Assembly: GCA_039714795.1 (NCBI GenBank)
Contig: JBDLIP010000001.1
Span: 1 to 47,328, forward strand
DNA: 47,328 nucleotides
Direction: 5' to 3'
Origin: Pseudomonadota bacterium
GTDB taxonomy: Bacteria > Pseudomonadota > Alphaproteobacteria > JAGOMX01
The translations under genes were made by a program, and so were the position numbers. This document shows positions 1 through 10,507 of the stretch, in pieces; within the stretch, counting starts at the first letter, position 1, and each line of letters starts with the position of its first letter. The notes under the pieces are model-generated. The model worked only from the letters and a program-made list of their open reading frames with translations, did no database searches and was not told the origin of the DNA.

Positions 1-100
1 GGCGGATAATAATTTCTTGTTGCTCTTTGGCACTGGTCATCCCGGATTATATATAAGATTTTAATTAAATTGTCAACTTTATTTCTCCAGCCTTCCTTAC

Positions 101-148
101 AGAGGGATAGATTTTGAGTAATCTGTCCTTGTGTAGAGGGATAGATTT
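101..148. repeat. Two copies of a 14-bp direct repeat (agagggatagattt), starts 34 bp apart
   Basis: The exact 14-mer occurs at 101-114 and 135-148. It lies in non-coding DNA between a leftward gene start (ATG at 40-38, minus strand, runs off the window) and the 3' end of the ADH gene. Function unknown. Confidence 0.5.
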
Positions 149-180
149 AGATAATGCAAAATTTACTGCCAACATTAAAA

Positions 181-207
181 CCAACAGTTTGATTCAGCTT
201 CAGTATA
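181..207 (+). repeat. Right terminal repeat of a MITE-like element (degenerate copy at window start)
   Basis: 'ccaacagtttgattcagcttcagtata' is the same right end as the copies ending at 2169 and 34398. The upstream core is degenerate. It contains the TGA stop of the ADH gene. Confidence 0.7.
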
Positions 208-1198
208 ACAATCCAGCCCCTTGAAAACCATCATGCTTTAAGGCTTCAAGCGCTTCATTTGCTAGGCTCAAGGGAAAGCCTACCACATGGGTTTTAATTC
301 CCAGCCTTGTCGCTTCTTGCAAAAACTCCTCCCCATCTTGGCGGGTGTTATTAGTCACACTGCGAATAACCCTTTCGCCATAAAGGATCTTATAATCAAA
401 AGAGGGAATGGGGCTCATGTGAATACCAGCAAGCACCAACACACCCGCTTTATCAAGCGCTTTAAGTGCAACCGGTACGATCTCTCCTACAGGCGCAAAA
501 ACAATGGCTGCATCAAGGGGTACTGGAGGCTTAGCCAATGTACCACCAGTCCAAACAGCTCCTAAAGATTCCGCCAACTCCTGATGTTTTTTATCGCGAG
601 TGGCCACGTAGACATCTGCTCCCCAAGCCTGCATTAGTTGAATTGCCACGTGCCCCGCTGCGCCAAACCCATAAATTCCCACCCGAGCGCCGGGCCAATA
701 CTGAATGCCAGTCAACCGAATTGAACGATATCCTATGATTCCGGCACACAATAGCGGTGCTGCTTGAGCGTCAGAAAATGCATCCGGCAATGGGTAAATA
801 TAATTTTCAGGTGCTACAGCATATTCAGCATAACCCCCTTGGGCTGTCCAGCCTGTAAACTTTGCCCTTTCACACAGATTTTCTTGAGATTTACGGCAAT
901 AGACACACGTTCCACAAGTGCTTTGCAACCAAGCCACTCCTACCCGTTGCCCTTTTTTGAATGCGTGAGTTTCACGCCCACACTCAGCAACTGTGCCTAC
1001 AATTTGGTGCCCTGGAATGATTGGCAACTTTGGCAAAGGCAAATCTCCTTCCACGACATGCAAATCCGTACGACAAATTCCGCACACGTTCACTTTGATA
1101 AGAACCTGATCTGGAAGACATGTGGGTTGTTCTACATCGGTATAGACTAAAGGATGGGTTGTTATAGGGGCGGCAGCTTTAAGCAGACAGGCTTTCAT
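200..1198 (-). CDS. Zn-dependent alcohol dehydrogenase (medium-chain dehydrogenase/reductase family)
   Basis: 332-aa ORF. Catalytic-Zn region 'CGICRTDLHVVEGD...GHQIVGTV'. Structural-Zn Cys cluster 'CGTCVYCRKSQENLC'. Rossmann glycine motif 'GIYGFGAAGH'. Confidence 0.9.
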   Translation of the reverse strand: MKACLLKAAAPITTHPLVYTDVEQPTCLPDQVLIKVNVCGICRTDLHVVEGDLPLPKLPIIPGHQIVGTVAECGRETHAFKKGQRVGVAWLQSTCGTCVYCRKSQENLCERAKFTGWTAQGGYAEYAVAPENYIYPLPDAFSDAQAAPLLCAGIIGYRSIRLTGIQYWPGARVGIYGFGAAGHVAIQLMQAWGADVYVATRDKKHQELAESLGAVWTGGTLAKPPVPLDAAIVFAPVGEIVPVALKALDKAGVLVLAGIHMSPIPSFDYKILYGERVIRSVTNNTRQDGEEFLQEATRLGIKTHVVGFPLSLANEALEALKHDGFQGAGLLY

Positions 1199-1349
1199 TG
1201 TTTTGTTATTCTTGAGTGATTCTGGAGTTATTTTAGCATAACGGACAACGAAATCTGTATCCTAAAATATTTCGTATTCCTTGCCAAAAGCAGCAAAAAT
1301 TCTTATAACTACAAGAAGTTTATCAAGACATTAATTATGTGTGAAAATT

Positions 1350-2036
1350 ATGATCATTACCTGCCAAAACTGCCAAAAACGCTACCAAGTTGACGATAAA
1401 GATATTGGTGAAAAGGGCCGAAAAGTCCGATGTGACTCCTGCAAACATGTGTGGACGCAAATCCCAGATCAACCCGTCACCAAGCGCACTGAGATTCGGC
1501 ACCTTGCGGGAAGCAACCCCAAGATCTTTCCAGAAAAACGCCCTAATTCATTCTCTTTTGGCTGGGCGAGTCTTGTTGTTTGCTTGTTGATTACGGTTGG
1601 GTCTCTTTGGGGGGCACGCCAAACGATTGTTAGCAGTTGGCCTGCTACGCGCCCCCTATACCAAGCTCTTGGTATAAGCCTACCTCTTCCAGGTCAGGGG
1701 CTTATTTTGGAAGGGGGAACCCCAATGCACGTCCTAGAAAATGACTCTTCTTATATTGTTGTTAGAGGTGAAATCACCAACAAAACTGATGATGTAATCC
1801 CTCTGCCTCCCTTGCATTTTCAATTGATTGGCTCGTGCAAACAAGCTCCTTGGTGGCAAAAAGCTTGGGGCTATCTACATGACAGTACTGTTGGCAACCA
1901 TAAACAGACATGTACACTTGCACACTGGAGACACAGCTTATCACAAAAGCGTTTACTCGCTGGCGAAAAGATTCAATTTGAAAGCGAACCACACACCACC
2001 ATGGCAAATGCAGATCAAATAAAGGTTCATTTTTGA
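1350..2036 (+). CDS. MJ0042-type zinc-ribbon domain membrane protein (DUF3426-like architecture)
   Basis: N-terminus 'MIITCQNCQKRYQV...KVRCDSCKHVW' has two CxxC pairs. One hydrophobic helix (WASLVVCLLITVGSLW) and a ~130-aa C-terminal domain follow. I prefer the ATG at 1350 over the GTG at 1341 used in the ORF track. Confidence 0.6.
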   Translation: MIITCQNCQKRYQVDDKDIGEKGRKVRCDSCKHVWTQIPDQPVTKRTEIRHLAGSNPKIFPEKRPNSFSFGWASLVVCLLITVGSLWGARQTIVSSWPATRPLYQALGISLPLPGQGLILEGGTPMHVLENDSSYIVVRGEITNKTDDVIPLPPLHFQLIGSCKQAPWWQKAWGYLHDSTVGNHKQTCTLAHWRHSLSQKRLLAGEKIQFESEPHTTMANADQIKVHF

Positions 2037-2049
2037 GTACATACAACCC

Positions 2050-2169
2050 ATGCTGATTCAAAATGTTGAGTTTAATGATAGGCTGCCAGTTTACAGTTTA
2101 CAGTTTACATTGGTAAATGAGCACTTTGAGTGCACCAGAAAATCAACAGTTTGATTCAGCTTCAGTATA
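2050..2169 (+). mobile_element. MITE-like palindromic element, subtype B ends
   Basis: Core 'gagtttaatgata..cagtttaca..ggtaaatgagcactttgagtg' flanked by inverted ends (tgctgattcaaaatgttg / caacagtttgattcagcttcagtata). The internal 'cagttta' is triplicated. It lies between convergent genes. Confidence 0.8.
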
Positions 2170-2230
2170 GCTTCCATAAATTACATTGTTCAGCGGTCTC
2201 ACATCCACTTGTAGGGAGTTATACAAAAGT

Positions 2231-3049
2231 TCATTTTTGCATATTCCAGTATTGGCTAATCCATGGAGATGGACGAATCGTTTTGTAGACGCACTTGAAA
2301 AACGGTAACCCCTCGGGCGACCAAACTCCACAAATGGCATCAGCAATCTTGGGATGCCCATGAAACGCTAAAACTTTTGTACCTTCCGGCAATTTTGGCT
2401 CAACAAAGAAACGTAAATACCACACTGGCAATGCATGAAACTTAAAGCTGCGGCACCACTCTTCAGGCCAAAATTTCAAGCGTCCCCACTTTTCAATCAC
2501 CTTCGCTGAGAGATACTCTTGGCTAGCAGTGTAAAACTGCTTAACGACTTCTTTCGGGTGTGCTTCAAAGTATTCTTTTATGAATCCAAGGGTGCCTACC
2601 CGCCACGAATAGCATGTTGCTTGCCCCACACGCTCACTTTTGACACTCCAGTCATTGATAATAACAAAATCATCGCCCAACGGATAAGAAACGAAGCAAT
2701 CCAGCTCACCGGTAATCACCACATCAAGATCAAAAAACAAAACACGCTGTCCGTTCAACCCACCCAACTCATCATCACAAAGGCCAGCTTCTTTTTGGTA
2801 AGCATACTTCACATCCTCTGGATTGCATTTCATCACAGGCAATGGTTGAGACAAAATCTCTGGGGTCAGTCCTGTTGCATCGTCGGTAAAACAGAAAAAA
2901 CGAAGTTCGTGTTTCTTCATGTTGCGTTTGACCATAGCGTACAAACAGTTGACGTCATGAGCCGTATACACCTGACCCCACTTAATACAAACAACGTTAG
3001 CAACTGGCTTTTTAGTCTGAGTTTTCTCCATGGTGTTTTCCATATTCAC
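2231..3049 (-). CDS. Conserved hypothetical protein, possibly GT-A-like nucleotide-sugar transferase
   Basis: 272-aa ORF. 'VVCIKWGQVYTAHDVNCLYAMVKRN...FFCFTDD' and the DxD-like 'FFDLDVVITG' resemble a small glycosyltransferase-like family. The start is uncertain (GTG 3049, ATG 3043 or ATG 3031). The product call is weak. Confidence 0.45.
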   Translation of the reverse strand: MNMENTMEKTQTKKPVANVVCIKWGQVYTAHDVNCLYAMVKRNMKKHELRFFCFTDDATGLTPEILSQPLPVMKCNPEDVKYAYQKEAGLCDDELGGLNGQRVLFFDLDVVITGELDCFVSYPLGDDFVIINDWSVKSERVGQATCYSWRVGTLGFIKEYFEAHPKEVVKQFYTASQEYLSAKVIEKWGRLKFWPEEWCRSFKFHALPVWYLRFFVEPKLPEGTKVLAFHGHPKIADAICGVWSPEGLPFFKCVYKTIRPSPWISQYWNMQK

Positions 3050-3075
3050 ATAATGCGTGCAAAAGGCTTATTATA

Positions 3076-3194
3076 CATACTCTCGTAAAACCAAAACCTC
3101 TAGTTTAATGATAGCTGCCAGCTTGCAGTTTACAACTGTAAATGAGCACTTCGAGCGTATCTGGAAACATAGGTTTTGATTTCACTTCAGTATA
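3076..3194 (+). mobile_element. MITE-like palindromic element, subtype A ends
   Basis: 'atactctcgtaaaaccaaaacctctagtttaatgatagctgccagcttgcagtttacaactgtaaatgagcacttcgagcgtatc...aggttttgatttcacttcagtata'. It has ~25-bp imperfect terminal inverted repeats. Confidence 0.85.
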
Positions 3195-3230
3195 TACTAA
3201 AAATACTCATGACCGAGCAACTACTTACAC

Positions 3231-4280
3231 CTACGCTGCGATCCTATGATCCTCCGGTTTACCTTCCGTGCTTTTACCATAAGCAGGTCGATTGAATCGA
3301 TCGCCAGAAACATCTAGGGCCTGGCATGCAATGGCCTTAATCTGGTCTGTTGCTTCATCCGTCTTGACCAACAATGTGTTGATAAGAGCCTGTTGTTCCT
3401 TAATTTTAGCTTCAAGCGAAACGGTTTTTTGCTGCATCAGCTTACGCTCCCCTTCTATTTCCTTAGCCCTTAGTTCAGTGTCAAACTTAAATCGGGTTTG
3501 AAGCTCTGAAGTAACCCGTTTTTCTGTCTCCTCTACAGCTTTAGCAATTTCAGCCGGAATAGCATCAACGGTTTTCTTAAACTGAGCCAATTCGCTCTCG
3601 CTTTGTTTCAAGTCAGCTTCTCGCTGCCCAAGCACCCTTTTCTTTTCGGTCATTTCTTTCTCGAGAGCATTCTGTTTGGCCTTATATTCATCTTCGTCTT
3701 TGCGCCTAGACATCTTAAGGCTATACGAATACTCCTCCTCATCACGGCTACGCTTTCTATCAAGTTCGGATTTAAATTCCTTATACTCTTGCTCCAAAGT
3801 TTGCCGTTCTTTGTGCCAGTGTTGTCGCTTTTCAGCCATATCGTTTTCAAAAGCTGCTTGGGACTCTTGTATTTTCAGTTGATGTTTTTTGCTTTCTTCT
3901 TCTTGAGTAATGATGAGGGCAGACAATGTGTGGGCAGTATCTTTAATGCCGTAAAGATTTTGCAAATGCTCTTGCTCGACCGATATAGATTTTTGCAAAT
4001 CACTCAACCGGCTGAACTCACCAACCAGTTGTTCACTTAAATGGTCAAGTTGCTTGGTTAGATTAATTTTAAGCTCCGCCAGATTAGAAATAATTGCGTG
4101 CTCTGAATTTTTGGTAGCTCTGGACAAAGTATCCCGCTGTTCCACTGATTTCTGCTGTTGCTGAGGATTCTTTTCAGATTGATTTTGTAATTGTTTAACG
4201 ACCTGCTCATAGGCTTCCAAAATCTGATTTTTGGTGTTTTTGGCAGAAATATCTGAGGGGATTTGAGTTTTCTCGGGCAT
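3231..4280 (-). CDS. Charged coiled-coil protein of unknown function
   Basis: The ORF is strongly E/K/Q/R-rich with heptad-like character throughout and no recognisable catalytic motif. The ATG at 4280 is preceded by 'aggag' 8 nt upstream. I prefer it over the TTG at 4304 of the ORF track. Confidence 0.6.
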   Translation of the reverse strand: MPEKTQIPSDISAKNTKNQILEAYEQVVKQLQNQSEKNPQQQQKSVEQRDTLSRATKNSEHAIISNLAELKINLTKQLDHLSEQLVGEFSRLSDLQKSISVEQEHLQNLYGIKDTAHTLSALIITQEEESKKHQLKIQESQAAFENDMAEKRQHWHKERQTLEQEYKEFKSELDRKRSRDEEEYSYSLKMSRRKDEDEYKAKQNALEKEMTEKKRVLGQREADLKQSESELAQFKKTVDAIPAEIAKAVEETEKRVTSELQTRFKFDTELRAKEIEGERKLMQQKTVSLEAKIKEQQALINTLLVKTDEATDQIKAIACQALDVSGDRFNRPAYGKSTEGKPEDHRIAA

Positions 4281-4315
4281 TGTCTTTTCTCCTAATTTTT
4301 CCAACTGTAAAGCGG

Positions 4316-4346
4316 CAGTGAAGCTGAATCAAAGTGCTCATTTACC
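4316..4346 (-). repeat. Internally deleted MITE fragment
   Basis: 'cagtgaagctgaatcaaa|gtgctcatttacc' is a terminal repeat joined directly to the core 'gtgctcatttac'. It sits 36 bp upstream of the coiled-coil gene start. Confidence 0.6.
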
Positions 4347-4521
4347 TCCTTACGCGACAACTCATTCATAACTCGTTATTGGCTGTAGAACAAGAGGGCA
4401 AGTGTCCGAGTTTATCTAAGGCAAGTATTTTTACCAAAATTTCTTTGTTTACTGGAGATTAACTTGGTTCTGTCGCATCTGTTGGCACCCCACATAATCC
4501 GTCACAATGGATAACACTTAT

Positions 4522-4542
4522 GTTTGATTCAGCCCGGGTATA
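4522..4542 (+). repeat. Solo MITE terminal repeat
   Basis: 'gtttgattcagcccgggtata' matches the right end 'gtttgattcagcttcagtata'. Confidence 0.5.
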
Positions 4543-4563
4543 TGCAATCTTTAATATGTTGCT

Positions 4564-4986
4564 ATGCACCATATGAATAGTGCTTTTTATATAAAAACAA
4601 CCTATGCCTATGGTGGCTTTTGGAAAAGGGTTGTCGCTGCTTTAATTGATGGACTAATTTTGTTGATTCCTTCGGCATTTTGTGACATTTTTTCACAAGG
4701 TATATTTGGTGGCATGACATTGTTAATAGTCATTGAATGGCTCTACGTTTCTCTTTTAGAATCTTCACGATATCAAGCAACACTTGGCAAACAGATATTT
4801 AGCTTAATTGTTGTCAATGGTGACTATCAAAGATTAACCTGGGCTAATGCAACTTTAAGATATTTCTGTCAATACATTTCAATGATTACTCTAGGGTTTG
4901 GTTATCTCATGGTTGCTTTCACTCCTAGAAAGCGTGGCTTGCACGATTATATAGCCAACACATACGTTGTGTACAAGCAAGAATAG
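4564..4986 (+). CDS. RDD family membrane protein
   Basis: 'YGGFWKRVVAALIDGLIL' N-terminal motif, hydrophobic helices and a C-terminal 'RKRGLHDYIANTYVV' give the typical RDD domain layout. Confidence 0.7.
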   Translation: MHHMNSAFYIKTTYAYGGFWKRVVAALIDGLILLIPSAFCDIFSQGIFGGMTLLIVIEWLYVSLLESSRYQATLGKQIFSLIVVNGDYQRLTWANATLRYFCQYISMITLGFGYLMVAFTPRKRGLHDYIANTYVVYKQE

Positions 4987-5085
4987 CTTCAAAGCTAAAA
5001 AGACATAATTTTTAGCATTTCTTGCTGGACCTAAGGGTGCAGAATATCGTACACATGTACTGAGTCTAAATAATGATTTGCTTAA

Positions 5086-6138
<1,053 letters not shown>

Positions 6139-6170
6139 CTCAAACGCTTTAAGAGGGCAAGGCGGAAAAC

Positions 6171-7034
6171 ATGTATTCACCCCGAACATCTGTTGCAACG
6201 CCAAGCATGCGACTGCACAAAATTCTTGCCTCGCTTTTGCAAGTGAGTACAGCTTTAAAACTTCTCTTTGTGGTGGGGGTTGCAGGGATCTTAGTCTATG
6301 GGGACATGCAGGGCTGGGCATTTACCAAGCATTTTCGCCTGAAAATAATGGACAATACAGTTCCTGTTTGGAGTGTGACACACAACGCAACCCACTGGCT
6401 GCACGAAAAAAGCCAACACATACAACATTATTTTTCAGTAATGCAAGAAAACCAGCGCTTAAGAGAGCAGTTAGAACAACTGTCGCACTGGAAAAATATT
6501 GCCAACCAATTGGCGACTGAAAACGAACACCTGAAGCATTTCTTAAATGTTCCCACATCCTCAGCTTCTACCATGGTGACTGCACGGGTGATTACAACTC
6601 CCTACACTCCTTCCATTCAAACCCTAATGATTAATGCAGGAAACAATCAAGGAATCAGAAAAAATCAGCCCGTAATCGTACCCCAAGGCGTAGTCGGTCG
6701 TATTATTGAAGTAGGCCACAATAGTGCTCAGGTATTATTGATTACAGATCCCAGATCACGTATTCCTGTTAAAGGAGAGTCCTCAGATTTTCAGGCGATC
6801 TTAATTGGTAACCAAACGAATGCCTTGAAAATTTTGCACCATCGCACCGGTGAAAAAGCCCCGTATCCTCAGCGTTTAGTAACCTCCAGCAAAGGTAAGG
6901 TATTTCCCGAAGGTTTAATAGTTGCTTATGTACCAGATGACACATCCCCGGTCATCCAACCAGTTGTGAAATGGCAGGATCTTGATTACGTGCAAGTGAT
7001 TAGCGCTTTTCCTTTGGAAATCACCCATGATTGA
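6171..7034 (+). CDS. mreC: Rod shape-determining protein MreC
   Basis: N-terminal TM helix, coiled-coil segment ('QENQRLREQLEQL') and the beta-barrel region 'GVVGRIIEVGHNSAQVLLITDPRSRIPV'. Its position after mreB supports the call. Confidence 0.9.
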   Translation: MYSPRTSVATPSMRLHKILASLLQVSTALKLLFVVGVAGILVYGDMQGWAFTKHFRLKIMDNTVPVWSVTHNATHWLHEKSQHIQHYFSVMQENQRLREQLEQLSHWKNIANQLATENEHLKHFLNVPTSSASTMVTARVITTPYTPSIQTLMINAGNNQGIRKNQPVIVPQGVVGRIIEVGHNSAQVLLITDPRSRIPVKGESSDFQAILIGNQTNALKILHHRTGEKAPYPQRLVTSSKGKVFPEGLIVAYVPDDTSPVIQPVVKWQDLDYVQVISAFPLEITHD

Positions 7035-7536
7035 AGTTTTTGGGATACCGCAAACTTCCATATTGAAAAATTGCATTCCCAGCCTGACTCTCACATTTGC
7101 TACTATCTTTGATATAGCATTTTCTCCGCCACTTGTAGGCATTGGTTTGCATAGTGAGCATATGGTGTTGTACACCTGGCTTATTTTTTATCCCTCTCTT
7201 GTTCCCCTATCTGTGCTTGTTGCTGTGGGCCTTTTACAAGATTGTACCGCAGGACTTACCCTAGGCGCATCTGTAATCCTGCTTATGGGCTTTTACAGCC
7301 TCACGATCTATAATCGACACCACTTTAACCAACACTCCTTTTGGATTTTATGGCTGGGTTTTGCAGGAATAGAGATTTCTGTTCAATTGCTTGCGTGGTT
7401 GCTTGCATTCATCAAATTTCCAGATTCTTCTGGAGAAATTATGTTTGTTCAGCAAACATTGATTACTGTTGCTTGTTACCCATTGATTGGGTGGATGATC
7501 TTGAAAATTCACTCAAAACTGCACATAAGCAGTTAG
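7027..7536 (+). CDS. mreD: Rod shape-determining protein MreD
   Basis: 169-aa polytopic membrane ORF overlapping the mreC stop by 8 nt. It occupies the canonical position between mreC and mrdA. Confidence 0.8.
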   Translation: MIEVFGIPQTSILKNCIPSLTLTFATIFDIAFSPPLVGIGLHSEHMVLYTWLIFYPSLVPLSVLVAVGLLQDCTAGLTLGASVILLMGFYSLTIYNRHHFNQHSFWILWLGFAGIEISVQLLAWLLAFIKFPDSSGEIMFVQQTLITVACYPLIGWMILKIHSKLHISS

Positions 7537-7552
7537 TATAAGCAGTTAGTAT

Positions 7553-9373
7553 ATGTCCAAGAAGATATCTCTTCAGCAAACGATCACCCGGCGCACTTTA
7601 ATGGTGGGTGCTGGACAAATATTGCTCGGATCTGCCCTCATTGGACGCATGGCTTATTTGCAAATTTGGCAATCAGAACATTATAAGAACCTGGCCCAAG
7701 GTAACAGCATCAAAGTGACTCCCATTCTGCCTGACCGCGGAATTATTACCGACTGTAATGGAGTTATTCTCGCGCAAAATACAAAGCACTTTCGGGCAAT
7801 TTTGGATCTTGATTCCACAAGCGACCTTGAAGCAACCCTGGACACACTTTCCCACCTTATCGAGCTTCCTGAAAATTTTCTTCTCGATATTCAAAATCAG
7901 ACCCAAAATTCACATCCTCATTTCATCATCATCAAAGAAAAACTTTCCTGGAAAGAGGTTGCACGACTCGAAGCTCATGCCATAGATTTGCCCGGCATCC
8001 AAGTCACTGAAGGCTCTGTGCGTTTTTATCCGCATGCCTTGTACATAGCGCATGTGATTGGATATGTACAATCACCTTCTGCCAAAGATCTGCAATCGAG
8101 CAACAAAATTATAAAAATTGCCGGCATGACAATCGGAAAATCTGGATTGGAGAAAACCCAAAATCCGATCCTGCAAGGAGTACCCGGATACCATGAGCAC
8201 GAGGTCAATGCTCGCCGGCAAATTCTGCGCACTTTACAAACAACCCCCAGCAAAGCTGGAGGTAACCTGGGCCTCACACTCAACAGTAAACTGCAAGGCT
8301 TTGTCCACGAACGCCTAGGCAAAGAGCTCAGTGCCAGCGTTGTTGTCATGGATATCCACCAAGGTGACATCCTTGCCCTAAACTCTCATCCTAGTTTTGA
8401 TCCTAACCTTTTTTCCCAAGGCATCTCACAACAAGATTGGCAATCGCTGTTGCACAACCCCTACAAGCCTCTCATCAATAAAGCAATCTCTGGAGAATAC
8501 CCGCCAGGATCACTTTTCAAGCTCGTGGTTGCCATTGCTGCACTTGATCGCGGCCTCATCTCACCCGAACACACGCACCATTGTCCAGGCTTCCTTGAAG
8601 TGAGCAATCACCGGTTTCATTGTGTGCGCTCAAGTGGACACGGCCGTCTTAATCTTACAACGGCAATTGCACAATCCTGTGACGTCTATTTCTACAAGCT
8701 TGCCTTGCAATTGGGAATTGAACGCATCGCACACACTGCACGTTTGCTGGGGTTGGGCACTCAAACCGGGATTGAACTCAGTGATGAAAGAGCCGGACTT
8801 ATCCCCACAAAAAGCTGGAAACGCAAACGATTTGGCAAACCTTGGTTCGTTGGCGAAACCATTATTGCTTCAATTGGCCAAGGGTATGTCTTGGCAACCC
8901 CTCTACAAATGGCCGTGATGATGGCGCAAATATCCAATGGCGGACACACTATTACGCCAAGCCTCATCGCTGGACCTGGACCTGGACCTGGACCTGGACC
9001 TGCATCACCACAAAAAATCTTTTCACCCAAGATATTTGCTCCTATTCTTGAAGGAACCCATATGGCCATCAACAGTAAAATTGGCACAGGATATCGGTCA
9101 CGCATTCTGCAACCAGATATGCGCATGGGCGGTAAGACATCCACATCTCAAGTTCGACGCATTTCCATTGCTGATCGTAAAAGCGGTCAGTATCGAAACG
9201 AAAAATCGTGGAAACAACGGGATCACTCTATTTTTGTTGGCTATGCCCCAGTACACAAACCAAAGTACGTCGCTGCGGTTGTCGTTGAACACGGTGGCTG
9301 GGGCAGCAAAACGGCTGCTCCCATCGCAAGGGATATCTTACTGACAACCCAACAATTTTGTAATAAGGACTGA
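7553..9373 (+). CDS. mrdA: Penicillin-binding protein 2 (elongasome transpeptidase)
   Basis: N-terminal TM helix. SxxK motif 'GSLFKLV', SxD motif 'SCDVYFY' and the KTG-like 'GGKTSTSQV'. It is followed by rodA. It contains a (GP)5 insertion. Confidence 0.95.
   Translation: MSKKISLQQTITRRTLMVGAGQILLGSALIGRMAYLQIWQSEHYKNLAQGNSIKVTPILPDRGIITDCNGVILAQNTKHFRAILDLDSTSDLEATLDTLSHLIELPENFLLDIQNQTQNSHPHFIIIKEKLSWKEVARLEAHAIDLPGIQVTEGSVRFYPHALYIAHVIGYVQSPSAKDLQSSNKIIKIAGMTIGKSGLEKTQNPILQGVPGYHEHEVNARRQILRTLQTTPSKAGGNLGLTLNSKLQGFVHERLGKELSASVVVMDIHQGDILALNSHPSFDPNLFSQGISQQDWQSLLHNPYKPLINKAISGEYPPGSLFKLVVAIAALDRGLISPEHTHHCPGFLEVSNHRFHCVRSSGHGRLNLTTAIAQSCDVYFYKLALQLGIERIAHTARLLGLGTQTGIELSDERAGLIPTKSWKRKRFGKPWFVGETIIASIGQGYVLATPLQMAVMMAQISNGGHTITPSLIAGPGPGPGPGPASPQKIFSPKIFAPILEGTHMAINSKIGTGYRSRILQPDMRMGGKTSTSQVRRISIADRKSGQYRNEKSWKQRDHSIFVGYAPVHKPKYVAAVVVEHGGWGSKTAAPIARDILLTTQQFCNKD
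8972..9001 (+). repeat. Perfect hexanucleotide microsatellite (ggacct)x5 inside mrdA
   Basis: Five exact tandem copies, in frame, encode GPGPGPGPGP within 'LIAGPGPGPGPGPASP'. Confidence 0.95.
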
Positions 9374-9379
9374 ACGCTT

Positions 9380-10507
9380 ATGGCTTTGAACCCTAACAAC
9401 TTTGATTGGCTGCAAAAATTACGCCAGATAAATGTGTTTGTGCTTATTCTCATTGGAATAATGGGTGCGATAAGCGCCATCATGCTCTACTCCGCTGCTG
9501 GGGGAGATGTGTCCCCCTGGGCTCAAAAGCAACTGCTGCGTTTTGCCATGGGAGTCACTATTATGTTGCTTGTAGCCCTGACCCCGCTTCATTTTTGGCT
9601 GCGACAAGCCTACGTACTCTATGGCGTCAGTGTGGTATTGTTAGTGATAGTCGAAATTGCTGGCACCATTGGTATGGGAGCACAAAGATGGATTGATCTT
9701 TATGTCTTTCGTTTGCAACCTTCTGAATTGGTTAAGTTAACCCTTGTGCTTTCTTTAGCCCGGTATTACCACTACGCCAGTCTTGAAAGCGCACGCAAAT
9801 TTATCTTTCATCTGCCGCCTCTGTTGATCACAATTATTCCCGCTGTCCTCGTATTGAAACAACCAGATTTGGGAACAGCTTTACTGTTATTCATGATCAC
9901 AGGGGTTATGATTTTTGTCTCTGGTATTCGTCTATGGAAGGTAGGGCTCATCTTAACCTCAGCAATTGCCTGCATGCCATTGGCCTGGATGTTTTTGCGC
10001 GATTATCAAAAAAATCGCGTGCTTACTTTCTTAAATCCTGAGCGTGATCCGCTGGGCTCTGGCTACCACATCTTGCAATCAAAGATTGCTTTTGGATCTG
10101 GCGGTGTTTGGGGCAAAGGTTTATTGCAAGGCAGCCAAAGTCAACTGAAATTTCTACCAGAAAAACACACCGATTTTATCTTTGCCATGTTATCGGAAGA
10201 ACTAGGAATGGTCGGCGGTATCATCCTGATTGGCTTCTACAGCCTCCTTATTTTCTATGGCTATATGGTCAGCCTGCATTGCCGCAATATTTTTGGCAAA
10301 CTACTGGCCTTTGGTCTGACGACTATTTTGTTTCTTTATATGTTTATCAACATGGCCATGGTCATGGGACTTTTGCCTATTGTGGGCATGCCACTTCCTC
10401 TGATCTCTTACGGCGGGACATCAATGCTGACGCTACTGACAGGGTTTGGCCTTATCTTATGCGTTGATCGGCACCGTCACCTACGCAGGGGATTAAGTGC
10501 TCCTTAG
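9380..10507 (+). CDS. rodA: SEDS-family peptidoglycan glycosyltransferase RodA
   Basis: 375-aa polytopic ORF. It carries 'QPSELVKL', 'KQPDLGTALL' and 'LPEKHTDFIFA', which are FtsW/RodA/SpoVE signatures. It lies downstream of mrdA. Confidence 0.95.
   Translation: MALNPNNFDWLQKLRQINVFVLILIGIMGAISAIMLYSAAGGDVSPWAQKQLLRFAMGVTIMLLVALTPLHFWLRQAYVLYGVSVVLLVIVEIAGTIGMGAQRWIDLYVFRLQPSELVKLTLVLSLARYYHYASLESARKFIFHLPPLLITIIPAVLVLKQPDLGTALLLFMITGVMIFVSGIRLWKVGLILTSAIACMPLAWMFLRDYQKNRVLTFLNPERDPLGSGYHILQSKIAFGSGGVWGKGLLQGSQSQLKFLPEKHTDFIFAMLSEELGMVGGIILIGFYSLLIFYGYMVSLHCRNIFGKLLAFGLTTILFLYMFINMAMVMGLLPIVGMPLPLISYGGTSMLTLLTGFGLILCVDRHRHLRRGLSAP

Noticed and set aside
1-40. Minus-strand gene start (ATG at 40-38; 'MTSAKEQQEIIIR...') running off the left edge.
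   Set aside because: Only 13 codons are visible. That is too little to support a CDS call or a product.
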